From: a virus
Lineage: Duplodnaviria; Heunggongvirae; Uroviricota; Caudoviricetes
Direction: 5' to 3' (one strand)
Length of the DNA stretch: 64,000 nt
Virus record (IMG/VR): IMGVR_UViG_2595698618_000001
Coordinates: 15,136 to 79,135 of that record
A model generated the notes under the pieces. It ran no database searches, was not told where the DNA came from, and saw only the letters and a program-made list of their open reading frames with translations. A program made the translations under genes and the position numbers. Positions 10,516-20,552 of the stretch are shown in pieces; position 1 is the first letter of the stretch, and every line of letters begins with the position of its first letter.

Positions 10516-11082
10516 ATGGAATATCGAAAGTCTAACGGCGGTCTTGGAATCGAAGGAGTTATTGAGACGAAGGTACACGACGTTTCCGACCTACAGGAAG
10601 CGCATCCCGACTGGGATGAGATGAGCAAGAAGGAGAAACTCGCGGCTACGAAGGACGTTGAACCAACGTTTACGGACGTTGAGTATAACGTAACTACGGA
10701 CCTTCTTCACGAATACTTTGTGGACAACCTCGACCCTGATAATACAGCGGCGGAGGCGAATGTTTCCGCATCGTGGCTTGCGCTCGGGACAGACGGTGGC
10801 TCTGGTACAGCAACAAGTGACACGGACTTGAATAATCGTGTCTACTCTGAGGCAGTAACCGACCACGCTGATAACGGCAAGGAACTTCTTGCGTCTACCT
10901 TCATCGACTCGACTGAGGCGAACGGGAATACGCTTGACGAACTTGGTCTTTTCACGGATGACCCGGCAAATCTTGCGAACCCTGAAGTATTTATGATTAA
11001 TCACAGTTCGTTCGCGGCTGTGACTAAGGATAACTCCAAGACTGTTACGTTTGACGTGACTCTGACGTTCAGCGACGTATAA
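10516..11082 (+). CDS. Tail collar/fibre-attachment protein
   Basis: WLALGTDGG...LNNRVY...EANGNTLDELGLF resembles tail-collar fibre family; own promoter at ~10467. Confidence 0.6.
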   Translation: MEYRKSNGGLGIEGVIETKVHDVSDLQEAHPDWDEMSKKEKLAATKDVEPTFTDVEYNVTTDLLHEYFVDNLDPDNTAAEANVSASWLALGTDGGSGTATSDTDLNNRVYSEAVTDHADNGKELLASTFIDSTEANGNTLDELGLFTDDPANLANPEVFMINHSSFAAVTKDNSKTVTFDVTLTFSDV

Positions 11083-11120
11083 ATTCGGCTGACGGCGTAA
11101 CCGTCACTTTACTTTAGATT

Positions 11121-12188
11121 ATGACTGAAAAAGCAAACCCATCTGTAACTCGACCAGCCGAGGCATTTAAGACTGCTGGCGCTATTGCATATGGCGGACA
11201 TGGCGGAAGTGGTTTCGTCGTTGATGGCGCAAGTCCCACGGAGAACTCCGTGCAGGACGGCTCCATTACTGAAGCGAATCTTAATGCATTTGCTGAGACG
11301 AGCGGCGGAGCCAGTCTCGATGTGACGATTGATGCGGGTGAAGCGTTCGTCTATGGCTCGTGGCTCGCAATTGACACACAGACGACGGTTACGCTTGCCG
11401 CAAGTACCGCAGGACAGACAGTATACGTTGGTTGGAATAAGGATGGTACTGATGATGTTATCGTTGGCCTTGCGTCAGCGTTTAGTTCTGCATCGGGTGA
11501 TGCCGACCAGAAGATTCCGCTATGGGATTTCGATACTGACGGGAGCGGCGTAACTGCGACTACAGATAGACGGCGTATTGGGTACTCACAAGAAATCACC
11601 GGCACGCAATACTTCGGTGCTAATAATGAAGTGTCTGTCTCTTATGATAATTCAAATAGCGAATTATCAGTCTCCGGCGATTTAAAGGCAGACAATTTCA
11701 ATACTGGTGGTGACACATACTCTCGATTGTTTAATGATGGGACCGCATTTCGCACCTCTGGATGGGATTCTGGTGATGAAATAAAACTTAGAGTTAGAGG
11801 TGCTTCATCATCTACTGGTGGTGTTCAGGTACAATGGCACGATAATTCGGCTGGTACAGATACTACTATCTTTGAGGCGGTCAATGATGGTAGCATCAAT
11901 ATTCCTGAAGGAAATCTCAATCTTAGCGGTGGGTTTATTACACTTGACCCCAATAACGCAATTATTAGTGGACAGAATGTTGGTGGTGGTGGGGGTTCTG
12001 ATTACTATTGGCGTATGCAGACTGGAATTGCATTAGACGTATATAATACTAATGAGGCAGAGTCCTACTTCACCGTAAACGAGAATGGACCTGTGACCAT
12101 TTCAAACGCGACATTTGGTCTTCCCCAATTCACCTCTGACCCATCTGCAAGTGCTGGTGAAATGTGGTATAGAAGTGACCTCGACTAA
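11121..12188 (+). CDS. Tail fibre/adhesin paralog 1
   Basis: N-terminal ~155 aa shared with 12425..13399; divergent lower-GC C-terminus. Confidence 0.7.
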   Translation: MTEKANPSVTRPAEAFKTAGAIAYGGHGGSGFVVDGASPTENSVQDGSITEANLNAFAETSGGASLDVTIDAGEAFVYGSWLAIDTQTTVTLAASTAGQTVYVGWNKDGTDDVIVGLASAFSSASGDADQKIPLWDFDTDGSGVTATTDRRRIGYSQEITGTQYFGANNEVSVSYDNSNSELSVSGDLKADNFNTGGDTYSRLFNDGTAFRTSGWDSGDEIKLRVRGASSSTGGVQVQWHDNSAGTDTTIFEAVNDGSINIPEGNLNLSGGFITLDPNNAIISGQNVGGGGGSDYYWRMQTGIALDVYNTNEAESYFTVNENGPVTISNATFGLPQFTSDPSASAGEMWYRSDLD

Positions 12189-12226
12189 TCGAAAGGCTTA
12201 AGTAGCAAGAACACTATTTAATAACT

Positions 12227-12415
12227 ATGACTGAAGAAATTTCTGTTGAGGTTAGTGACCTGTACGCTGAGATGTATGAACAGGTCGAGGAAACTGCTGG
12301 TTCTGAGCAGACGCGGCAGGCTGTGGAGAATATGATTCATAATCTCTACCAGCAGGTAGAACAGGCGCAACAGCAACAACAGTTCCGTATTGAGGAACCT
12401 GAAGATAGAGAGTGA
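12227..12415 (+). CDS. Small acidic helical protein (possible fibre chaperone)
   Basis: Own promoter at ~12189; lies between the fibre paralogs. Confidence 0.45.
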   Translation: MTEEISVEVSDLYAEMYEQVEETAGSEQTRQAVENMIHNLYQQVEQAQQQQQFRIEEPEDRE

Positions 12416-12424
12416 AATTAACTT

Positions 12425-13399
12425 ATGACTGAAAAAGCGAATCCAAGTATTAATCGACCGGCTACTGCATTCCACACAGCCGGGGCTATTGGTTACGGAG
12501 GGCACTCCTCTCGTAGCGACCCCGGTTTTGTGGTAGATGGAGCAAGCCCTACTGAGATTGCACAGCAGGACGGTATTGATGAAACGCAGTTTGATACGTT
12601 TAGTGAAACTTCAAGTGCATCTTCTTTCGGGATTACGATTGCACCGGGTGAGGCGTTTGTCTTTGGCTCGTGGATTGCTAAAGATACAGATACATCGTTG
12701 AGTCTGCCGTCTTCGTCTACTACTACTGTGTATGTTGGGTGGAATAAGAATGGGACTAATGATGTTATTATTGGAACGTCGTCGGCCTTTAGTAATGCGT
12801 CCGGGGATACTGACTTGAAAATTCCATTGTGGACATTTACCACAGATGGTTCTGGCGTCACGTCTGTTACGGACGAGCGACGGATTGGTTATACAATTGG
12901 TGAGACGACTGTTGATGGAGTATTGTCTGTGCGTGATGATATTCGTCTGAATGATGATGATGGTCAGCAATTTATAACAGTTGGTTCTGATTCGGATGAA
13001 TTAAGTATTACTGAAACTGGAGGAACGTCGTTTGGTAAGTTCCGTGTTCTTTCCCGAGAGATTGAACTTGATACGGATGGCGGATTTGCCGAAGTGTTGA
13101 ATGGCCCAATTCGCGCACCCAGTTTTGAGGATTCATCTGGTAATACGATGATGAGTAATGTCGCGGCATCTGGACAGGTGACGCTGACTTCAAATAATGC
13201 TGTTGTAGATACTGGTATTAGTGCGATTGATGCTACGTTTACGCTTGCTATTGGTATTGATGACCCGGATGCTGATACAAAGGTTTCAGGTCGATTATTT
13301 TGGGATGATTCATCGGGAACGTACAAGGTGGAACTTGTTGAAAATGGAACGGACGTAGGGAATCCTACTGTAAATTACGATATTATCAGAGTACGATGA
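12425..13399 (+). CDS. Tail fibre/adhesin paralog 2
   Basis: MTEKANPS...GEAFVFGSWIA...VYVGWNKNGTNDVIIG...KIPLW.F.TDGSGVT nearly identical to paralog 1. Confidence 0.7.
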   Translation: MTEKANPSINRPATAFHTAGAIGYGGHSSRSDPGFVVDGASPTEIAQQDGIDETQFDTFSETSSASSFGITIAPGEAFVFGSWIAKDTDTSLSLPSSSTTTVYVGWNKNGTNDVIIGTSSAFSNASGDTDLKIPLWTFTTDGSGVTSVTDERRIGYTIGETTVDGVLSVRDDIRLNDDDGQQFITVGSDSDELSITETGGTSFGKFRVLSREIELDTDGGFAEVLNGPIRAPSFEDSSGNTMMSNVAASGQVTLTSNNAVVDTGISAIDATFTLAIGIDDPDADTKVSGRLFWDDSSGTYKVELVENGTDVGNPTVNYDIIRVR

Positions 13400-14223
13400 C
13401 ATTTAATTGGGCATTTACATATGGCTCTCCTCAGGAAGTTGCTGATGCTGGTAATCCTAATGGATATTACTTGTTAGAAACTCCAACAGGGCCGGAAGAA
13501 TTTTACATTAATACTGAAGACCACGGTGACGGTGGATGGGTGTTAGTTTCTAATGTGGATGTTACTGGTGGTAACTATGCCCAAGATAATGGGTATACTG
13601 CACCAAGTGACTTTAATGTTCCACAGAGTAGTGGTGATGTTCAAAGCCAATATACTAATTATGTCGGAACGCAATCAGAAGATGGTGCGTTTATCCAAGT
13701 TGATAACTTCAACGGCGCATCTCCGCCAAGTAATAGTTGGGGTTCTGTTGGTCTTGGTGGTGGCTCTGGAGACTATAAACATATTCGTTCATACCGTCCC
13801 GATACGAAGGGGTATGAGTGGAGTGAAATTAAGTTTAGAGTGAGAAAGAGCGTTGGTAACGACGGATATTCAAATGGTCAAGGTAGAAGCGATTCCAATA
13901 GCGACTATGAGTTATTTGGAAATAGTCTTGACGGTGCAAAGATTATTGCAGGTGAGCCGGGTGACTCAAATGCAGAGCATATCTTTGACGTAATTACGTC
14001 ACAGCAAGATGAGGGTTTAATTAATTATACACGTAATAACTATGATAATCTTCGTGGAGATGGGACGACAAGTATCGGTTTTGTCTCTACGACGCAGACT
14101 TTTGAATTGACACATTCACTCTCATCATCTAATGGTAAGCCACCGTTGTATAATGAGATGACTGACCAAGGTGTTGATGACGAAGGTTCGACTGCTTCAA
14201 AATGGTATATGTGGATTAGATAA
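13396..14223 (+). CDS. Putative adhesin with fibrinogen-related-domain-like N-terminus
   Basis: NGYYLL...EEFYINTEDHGDGGWVLV resembles the FReD GxY...YCDM..DGGGWTLV motif. Confidence 0.5.
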   Translation: MTFNWAFTYGSPQEVADAGNPNGYYLLETPTGPEEFYINTEDHGDGGWVLVSNVDVTGGNYAQDNGYTAPSDFNVPQSSGDVQSQYTNYVGTQSEDGAFIQVDNFNGASPPSNSWGSVGLGGGSGDYKHIRSYRPDTKGYEWSEIKFRVRKSVGNDGYSNGQGRSDSNSDYELFGNSLDGAKIIAGEPGDSNAEHIFDVITSQQDEGLINYTRNNYDNLRGDGTTSIGFVSTTQTFELTHSLSSSNGKPPLYNEMTDQGVDDEGSTASKWYMWIR

Positions 14224-14225
14224 TT

Positions 14226-15062
14226 ATGGCACAAATTGCAACAATTAGACTTCAAACACAGAATAGTGGTATAGTAGATGTTCCAGTATTTGAATTGAGT
14301 GACGTTAATTATCCAGTAGTAAGAGTCCAAACTGCTTCTGGTGTGGGTGCATTGAATTTAGTGGACCCGGTTGACGCTGAACTCGATTACTTACGAGTGC
14401 AAACGGCGTCTGGAGTGAAAGCAGTTAGCAATAGTATTATTCAGATGCTTGACTCGTTCGAGGACGGTGATATTTCTGAATATGGTGGTCAGACTGGTTC
14501 TTTTACAGTTACAACTGGTGCTAATGGAGTGTCACCACCTGTAGGAAATTATATGCTTTACTCTCCTGAGACAGCCCCACGAACGTCTATTATTTCGCGT
14601 ACTGATATTGGTCCATCCCGAGGCGACCATTTCGGTTGCTATGCATATTGGCAGGGTGATAATAATAATGACTTTTGGGGTGGCATTGCTTTTGCAAATG
14701 GTAGTGTTGGAGATAATAGTAACTTTAGCGGTAATACTATTAGGCACGCTGGTAATACTGGCTCAAATCGTAACGAATTGCAAATCAAAGAATGGGACAA
14801 TGGTAGTGAAACAGAAATTGCTGTAACATCTATAGATTGGGGAACATGGAATAATCAATGGCTGTTCCTTGATGTTACATGGGCCAATGACGATACCATT
14901 ACTTGCGACCTTCGTGATGGCGGCCCTGATGGTAGCATTATTGTTACTGTCCAAGGAGTTATAAATCCTGATGACCCGAATGGAGGAATGGGATTCCGAC
15001 AAGACCACGAGAATAATCCATATAATACTTACTTCGACGGGTATCAGATTTTCCCGCAATAA
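14226..15062 (+). CDS. Putative adhesin (N-terminal fibre-binding module plus lectin/ConA-like domain)
   Basis: Repeated VRVQTASGV N-terminus; Trp/Gly/Asn-rich beta-sandwich-like C-terminus. Confidence 0.55.
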   Translation: MAQIATIRLQTQNSGIVDVPVFELSDVNYPVVRVQTASGVGALNLVDPVDAELDYLRVQTASGVKAVSNSIIQMLDSFEDGDISEYGGQTGSFTVTTGANGVSPPVGNYMLYSPETAPRTSIISRTDIGPSRGDHFGCYAYWQGDNNNDFWGGIAFANGSVGDNSNFSGNTIRHAGNTGSNRNELQIKEWDNGSETEIAVTSIDWGTWNNQWLFLDVTWANDDTITCDLRDGGPDGSIIVTVQGVINPDDPNGGMGFRQDHENNPYNTYFDGYQIFPQ

Positions 15063-15120
15063 AACCGAAACCTTTTTATAGTTGGCCCACATAGTTACGA
15101 GTAGCGGTGAGTATTAAGTA

Positions 15121-15657
15121 ATGGGACTGCTAAACTCAGAAAACGATTTGCTGGAATGGATTCGCCGCACTTTCATCCCTCCTCTTGGGATGTTAGTCTC
15201 CGCGTATAACGAATCCACCGGCTCGAAACTCTACGTACAAGGACCCACGACAGACAACCAGTTCGTCGGTCGAGTGAAAATGGGCGAGGAAGACTTCGAG
15301 GCCGAACTCGAAGAAATGGGATTCGAACGAAATCCCCTCGCTTCACTCAAACACTTAATCGGAACTCGTGAGAAGGAAGAAGGTTCCTTCCGCTGGCTCG
15401 CACCAGAAGATTCCGAATACCGAAAGGATTACCAACTTCACGTAATTCTATACGACGGTTCCGTAATTCCTGACGCTGAAACTGGTGAGACGTATGTATA
15501 CGCTCATTGGGAGTACCGTTGGGACGTGGCTCCGATGAAGCATTATCGCGCTGTTAACTGGAAACCTGTTCAGGGTGTCCAGATGATGCAGACAATGCTT
15601 ACGGAGAATGGTATTGACTACGATTATCAACTGCCTCCAACTAAGGATAATGAGTAA
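15121..15657 (+). CDS. Hypothetical protein
   Basis: 178-aa ORF with own promoter (~15065). Confidence 0.6.
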   Translation: MGLLNSENDLLEWIRRTFIPPLGMLVSAYNESTGSKLYVQGPTTDNQFVGRVKMGEEDFEAELEEMGFERNPLASLKHLIGTREKEEGSFRWLAPEDSEYRKDYQLHVILYDGSVIPDAETGETYVYAHWEYRWDVAPMKHYRAVNWKPVQGVQMMQTMLTENGIDYDYQLPPTKDNE

Positions 15658-15892
15658 CGACGATACTTCGCAAGAAACTTCGGACAATTTGGAATATATT
15701 GGTTCGATTCTTGCCTCGTTGATTTTACTCGGTGTGATGGCCCTCATTGGCGCGGTTGCGCTTGGAGTGGCTTCGCTTTCTGGAGTGCCGCAGGCGTGGT
15801 TTATCGCAGTCGTTGTTCCGATTGTGATTATGGCCGCGATTCAAGCGTTCGGTAAGGACGTGTACGCGGTATTCCAGAAGGCGCGGAAATGA
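15650..15892 (+). CDS. Small two-TM membrane protein (holin-like position)
   Basis: ATG at 15650 overlaps the upstream gene end; two hydrophobic helices. Confidence 0.5.
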   Translation: MSNDDTSQETSDNLEYIGSILASLILLGVMALIGAVALGVASLSGVPQAWFIAVVVPIVIMAAIQAFGKDVYAVFQKARK

Positions 15893-16064
15893 CAATTTTC
15901 CCGACTTTTATACGGTCTTTGGATGGACACTTCATTGAGTTGAAGAAAGAATCCGTATATCAGTCACCGAGTGTTAACCATAGGATTCCAACGAAGGCAG
16001 AGTGGGTTATTCGAAATTCGACCTACTATGAACCCAACCGGATTCACTATGAGGAATAGAACGA

Positions 16065-16454
16065 ATGAAGCATATTGCATTGGGAATTATGATAGGACTT
16101 GCCGGTATTATTGCCGCTTTGAGCGGCGCTTCACTCGGTGTAGCGGCTACTCCCCTCGCCGCAGTAGGCGTATGGGAGGCGCTTGGGTTACTGTCAAACG
16201 TTATCGCTCCAATCGTCGGTGCGTTAATTGCAGTAATCGTATGGATTCACAAGCGTTTGAATGACTTAGAAGAAGCACAGGACGACCTCGACCGAAGTGT
16301 ATTCGGCAACGAAAAAGATGCACTCAACGAAGGAGTGTTAATCGAGGTACGAAATGTAAACCGCAGGCTCGATACACTACAAGAATCTATTGACGAGATT
16401 CGCAGAGAAAACGAGCATCTGCGGGATGAGCGGAAAAGAGAGTCTGACGACTAA
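16065..16454 (+). CDS. Membrane protein with C-terminal coiled coil
   Basis: Two N-terminal hydrophobic segments followed by heptad-like acidic region. Confidence 0.55.
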   Translation: MKHIALGIMIGLAGIIAALSGASLGVAATPLAAVGVWEALGLLSNVIAPIVGALIAVIVWIHKRLNDLEEAQDDLDRSVFGNEKDALNEGVLIEVRNVNRRLDTLQESIDEIRRENEHLRDERKRESDD

Positions 16455-16487
16455 GCGGATTTTCTCTTTTTAAGAAAGTTTAGTTCG

Positions 16488-17096
16488 TTAGAACAGGTAT
16501 TCTTCGCGGATTGCAGTAACCTGCTCCTCGATAGCGCGAGCCGACTGCATCAGGCTAATGTGATTATTACCCTGATAATCCATACGCCGCTGTCGAACAG
16601 CCGCGTGGACCGCATTTAGTTCATCTTCGGTTAGCGTTGCGTCATAGCCACCACGGAATTTCGTGAGGGCGGCGTCACACGCATTCGAGCGAGCAACATT
16701 GCGACTTCGGAGAGAAGTATACTGATTAAGGAGAGCCGCTGTAAGAATCTCCTGCTGTCGTGCGTCTAAGTCGAGGCTTACGTCAAACTCTCGTTCCTCG
16801 TCTTCTTCCTCAACTTCAGGCTCGGCATCCTCCTCTCGCTCAGGTTCTTCCTCAGATTCGTCTTCTAAGTCGTCTTCGTCAAAAGTAATTGTTTCGTCTT
16901 CTGGTTCGTCTTCGTCGCTTGAAATATTTTGTGCGGCGACAATCATTTCGAGGGCTTTGTCTTCTCCGACTCGTGCGAGTTCGGTTAGGTCTTCGGCTTC
17001 GGCTTCTGCTACTGCTTCTGCGTCTTCATAGCCCATTTCTCGTAGGTCGTCAGCGCGTGCTGGTCCGACTCCATCAATTTCAGTAAGTTCGGTCAT
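16488..17096 (-). CDS. Helix-hairpin-helix domain protein with acidic linker
   Basis: EIDGVGPARADDLREMGY...LARVGEDKA HhH motifs. Confidence 0.7.
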   Translation of the reverse strand: MTELTEIDGVGPARADDLREMGYEDAEAVAEAEAEDLTELARVGEDKALEMIVAAQNISSDEDEPEDETITFDEDDLEDESEEEPEREEDAEPEVEEEDEEREFDVSLDLDARQQEILTAALLNQYTSLRSRNVARSNACDAALTKFRGGYDATLTEDELNAVHAAVRQRRMDYQGNNHISLMQSARAIEEQVTAIREEYLF

Positions 17097-17194
17097 ACAT
17101 CCTTTTATAAGAACTACTCCTACTTAAGTGTTTCGATTCTACAACCGAAACCTTTTTATAGTTGGAGCGTCTATCTCTCAACGTAAACTATATT

Positions 17195-17938
17195 ATGTCT
17201 GATAATCTACAGCGGCGTACTACTGAAGCAGGCCGCGTTTATACTGACATGGAGGAGTTATTTCTACCTTCTGTCACAACGGTTATCGACCAAAAACCCG
17301 AACCGAAGGGTCTTAAATACTGGAAGCAGAAGTATGACGGAACTGGCGGTAATGAACATTGGAGGGATATTTTGAGTTACAAAGCGAATCGCGGGACAAT
17401 GATTCACTACAATCTTCTCAATGAATTTGCTCCCGAAGATATGTTTGGTCGAAACGAGGAGGATAGTACCGAAGAACTAAAACTCGAAGGCAACTGGGAA
17501 CGATACCGAGAAGAACTAACCTTCGCACAAGAAGCGTGGAAGGAAATCAAAGAAATTCGCGGTATCGACGCAGAAAACGTCCTCGACGTAGAATGCTTCG
17601 TGACAAACACAGGAATCGGATACGCCGGACAATTCGACTTACTCTACATCGACAAAAACGGTGACTTAGTATTATCCGACCTAAAGACAAGTAAGCGAGT
17701 CTACGACAAGCACCAGATGCAACTTATCGCATACGACAATGCACTATCACTCGACATTGACGTGCTTGAAGTAGTCCGAATCCACCCTGATTCTGAATCT
17801 TGGGAAATTAGTCACGATAGCGACTGGTCGAAGAATCGTAACGAAATTTGGGGCGAGTTTGTCAGCCTTCGCCAGTCGATGACGAACGTTGAGGAAGAAT
17901 TTAAGAAGATTGCCGACGAGGGCGTGGATGACGGGTGA
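17195..17938 (+). CDS. PD-(D/E)xK exonuclease
   Basis: LPSVTTVI; RGTMIH; VECFV...YAGQFDLL...LSDLKTS; QMQLIAY. Confidence 0.85.
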   Translation: MSDNLQRRTTEAGRVYTDMEELFLPSVTTVIDQKPEPKGLKYWKQKYDGTGGNEHWRDILSYKANRGTMIHYNLLNEFAPEDMFGRNEEDSTEELKLEGNWERYREELTFAQEAWKEIKEIRGIDAENVLDVECFVTNTGIGYAGQFDLLYIDKNGDLVLSDLKTSKRVYDKHQMQLIAYDNALSLDIDVLEVVRIHPDSESWEISHDSDWSKNRNEIWGEFVSLRQSMTNVEEEFKKIADEGVDDG

Positions 17939-17942
17939 AATT

Positions 17943-18239
17943 ATGGGACAACTCGACAAAGACCTAAAGAGCCAAGGATTTGAGCGAACCGAGCGTTCAT
18001 CTCCATTCCACGATGACGGCACACTTTGGGCCAACTCCCACGAACTCGTTTGCGATGAAACAGGCATCGTAGTACGTAGCCAAGCAGATTTACAGCAAGA
18101 AGAAAAGACCGTTGCTGAGTTAAGCGAAAGCACGCCCCGATACTCAAACAGCGGTCGTGTCATCCTGCCCGGTGGACACAAGCACGTTTACGACTGGGGC
18201 GAGGATGACGAAGGCGAGTTTATTTACGAAAAAGTTTAA
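17943..18239 (+). CDS. Hypothetical protein
   Basis: Acidic 98-aa ORF after the nuclease. Confidence 0.5.
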   Translation: MGQLDKDLKSQGFERTERSSPFHDDGTLWANSHELVCDETGIVVRSQADLQQEEKTVAELSESTPRYSNSGRVILPGGHKHVYDWGEDDEGEFIYEKV

Positions 18240-18265
18240 ATAGTAGGAGTACGTACTATAATCAA

Positions 18266-19324
18266 ATGTACGTATATCTCGAAAACGGCGATTGGTATCA
18301 AGGGAACACAGTCTCCGAGGGAGAAGCCACAGCAGAACTTGTTTTCACAACTAATTACACCGGATACGAGGAGAACTTAACCGACCCTTCTTTTCGAGGA
18401 CAAGCCCTCGTATTCGCCTATCCATTAATCGGAAACTATGGAGTCAACAGAGAGCGTTTCGAATCCGACGAGGTGCAACCTTATGCCGCGATAGCGAGAG
18501 AATTTGACAAGTCAGTATACTCGCTATTCCAAGAAGAAGGTATCCCGGCAGTTGACGGCATTGATACACGGAATCTTGTTACTACTATCCGCGATGAAGG
18601 TTCAATGAATTGCGGGATTGCGGATTCGAAGGAGCGTGCGAAAGAACTTGCTTTTGAGGATGTAGATATGACATATCCGCCTCGTGAAAACATCGAGCAT
18701 CGTGGGACTGGAACGCTGAATATTGTCCTCCTCGATTGTGGTGTTAAGGAGTCGATGTTGGATAAGTTGGCGGAGGCTGGCGCTCGTGTGATTCGAGTGC
18801 CGTGGGATTTCCCGAAGGAGAAGATTGCTGAATATCAGCCGGATTTGTTATTCGTGTCAAATGGGCCGGGCGACCCACAAGCGTATGAGAGCGCCATAGA
18901 GACGATTCAGTATTGGGAAGGGCGAATCCCCGTATCTGGCATTTGTCTTGGACAGCAGTTAATCTCGCTCGCTCTCGGCGGTTCTACGACGAAGATGAAG
19001 TTCGGTCATCGCGGTAGCAACCAGCCAGTCTACTCAGAAGAATTAGGCCGCGTTCGTATGACTACGCAAAACCACTCATACGAAGTTTCCGAACTACCCG
19101 ACGAATTGCAAATAACCGAATACAACGTCAATGACGAAAGTATCGAAGGAGTCAAACGAGAAGAAGACGGCTGGAATATGCAAGAAAAAGAGAACGGCTA
19201 CTTCAGCCTACAGCGCGTGACGCCAATTGTGGCACGCCAATACCACCCTGAAGCAAATCCGGGTCCGAATGATTCGGAAGACTTTTTCGAAGAAGTTATT
19301 TCTATCGCTCAGAACTTCCAGTAG
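18266..19324 (+). CDS. carA: Carbamoyl-phosphate synthase small (glutaminase) subunit
   Basis: ELVFTTNYTGYEENLTDPSFRGQALVFAYPLIGNYGV; SNGPGDP; GICLG (catalytic Cys); QYHPEANPGP. Confidence 0.95.
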   Translation: MYVYLENGDWYQGNTVSEGEATAELVFTTNYTGYEENLTDPSFRGQALVFAYPLIGNYGVNRERFESDEVQPYAAIAREFDKSVYSLFQEEGIPAVDGIDTRNLVTTIRDEGSMNCGIADSKERAKELAFEDVDMTYPPRENIEHRGTGTLNIVLLDCGVKESMLDKLAEAGARVIRVPWDFPKEKIAEYQPDLLFVSNGPGDPQAYESAIETIQYWEGRIPVSGICLGQQLISLALGGSTTKMKFGHRGSNQPVYSEELGRVRMTTQNHSYEVSELPDELQITEYNVNDESIEGVKREEDGWNMQEKENGYFSLQRVTPIVARQYHPEANPGPNDSEDFFEEVISIAQNFQ

Positions 19325-19881
19325 TCTGGATGTTCTCGAAGGATTGTATCGACGCCAATCTTATCCTTCTTGCCCTCGGGGTTATCGTCGTACAAGTCTC
19401 GGATTACTGCGGCTCCGTCTCCTGATGAGGACACGGCGCTGGTTACGTCACAATCGTAGTGAGTTGGATGACCGAATGAGATATTACCCGAGCGTGTGAC
19501 GCGGCTATCGAAGTCGCATTCGTCTGCGATGATTTCGAATGATTGTTCTACGTCCCACGGTTTCTTGAGTCGAAGCGTGCGTGCTTCGTATCGTGTGAAT
19601 TTGATTGTTAGGTATGGGTAGGTGGGGATTTCGTTCATCTCCATTGCCCAGTCTACAATGTCTTGCACGTCGTCTTGGTTTACGACGAGTCGCTTCTGAC
19701 CCGAGGTTTTCAATTCTAAGGCCCGTAGCGAGCCGTCTAATGGGATTAGTAGGTCGGGTGAGGGTACGCTTTGATTACCCGACCAACCGGGCCTCAGCGG
19801 GATTACAGAGCCTCCTGTGAGGTCGAATATTTCTGATGCGAGTTCGTGTTCCTTTCGTAAGCCTGCTTTTTGTCGTGACAT
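19309..19881 (-). CDS. hjc: Archaeal Holliday junction resolvase-like (Hjc) nuclease
   Basis: G.RKEHELA...SGNQSVPSPDLL...RALELK; follows nucS. Confidence 0.7.
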   Translation of the reverse strand: MSRQKAGLRKEHELASEIFDLTGGSVIPLRPGWSGNQSVPSPDLLIPLDGSLRALELKTSGQKRLVVNQDDVQDIVDWAMEMNEIPTYPYLTIKFTRYEARTLRLKKPWDVEQSFEIIADECDFDSRVTRSGNISFGHPTHYDCDVTSAVSSSGDGAAVIRDLYDDNPEGKKDKIGVDTILREHPDYWKF

Positions 19882-19883
19882 AA

Positions 19884-20552
19884 TTATAATGGTTGTAGTT
19901 CGCGCCATTCCAAATCGTTTCGCTCAAGCAATTCCAAAGCCGCTGGTCGGATAGAGGGTGATACAAGAATCCCCTTCGCTCCATCTACGGCGTTAGTATA
20001 GCGAACAAGTTGGTCTGCGTGATTGAGGCTGGCGCGAGTTCTCTTAACCTCAAGCAACACAGGAGTACCATCCTGCTCTCCATAAATATCGACACGCCCC
20101 GCTCCGTCAATCACAACCTCGTGTTCGAGGGATTCTACATTTAAACCAATAACATCAGGGTCGGCTAAGATAGCGTGATGCATATCTTCTTCCGTCCCGT
20201 CGAGGCTGACTTTCGTATCAGCGTTGACTTCGTACACCTCATACGAGTCAATCCGATGACAGTAAATCTTCAAATCCTCGTCATTGCGAGAGTGGTACGC
20301 CTCAATAACGAACTCTCCATCCTCCACGTAAGTCTCTAATTCTGCTCCGGTAGGTTGCCAGTTTCGAGGCTTGTGATTTGTGACTCCGTGGACTTGTAGG
20401 TTTCCATCTGGTTTCCAGATAATGATTCGTTCGTCTCGTGGAAGGTATCCTTCTGCTCTCCCGCTATACTCGACGCTACAGTTAGCGAATACGGTGATGG
20501 GATAGTCGGATTTGTTCTCGAATGTTACGTGTAATTCTTCCGGGCTACTCAT
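19884..20552 (-). CDS. nucS: Endonuclease NucS/EndoMS
   Basis: CSVEYSGRAEGYL...RIIIWKPDGNLQVHG...PRNWQP; EEDMH; GRVDI..Q...LLEVKR; QLVRY. Confidence 0.9.
   Translation of the reverse strand: MSSPEELHVTFENKSDYPITVFANCSVEYSGRAEGYLPRDERIIIWKPDGNLQVHGVTNHKPRNWQPTGAELETYVEDGEFVIEAYHSRNDEDLKIYCHRIDSYEVYEVNADTKVSLDGTEEDMHHAILADPDVIGLNVESLEHEVVIDGAGRVDIYGEQDGTPVLLEVKRTRASLNHADQLVRYTNAVDGAKGILVSPSIRPAALELLERNDLEWRELQPL

Noticed and set aside
11121-13399. Invertible or DGR tail-fibre switching
   Set aside because: The paralogs are direct repeats, with no invertase or RT and no inverted recombination sites seen.
17195-17938. Cas4 indicating a CRISPR-related module
   Set aside because: It lacks the four-Cys Fe-S ligands, and there is no array or other cas gene; a generic PD-(D/E)xK exonuclease.
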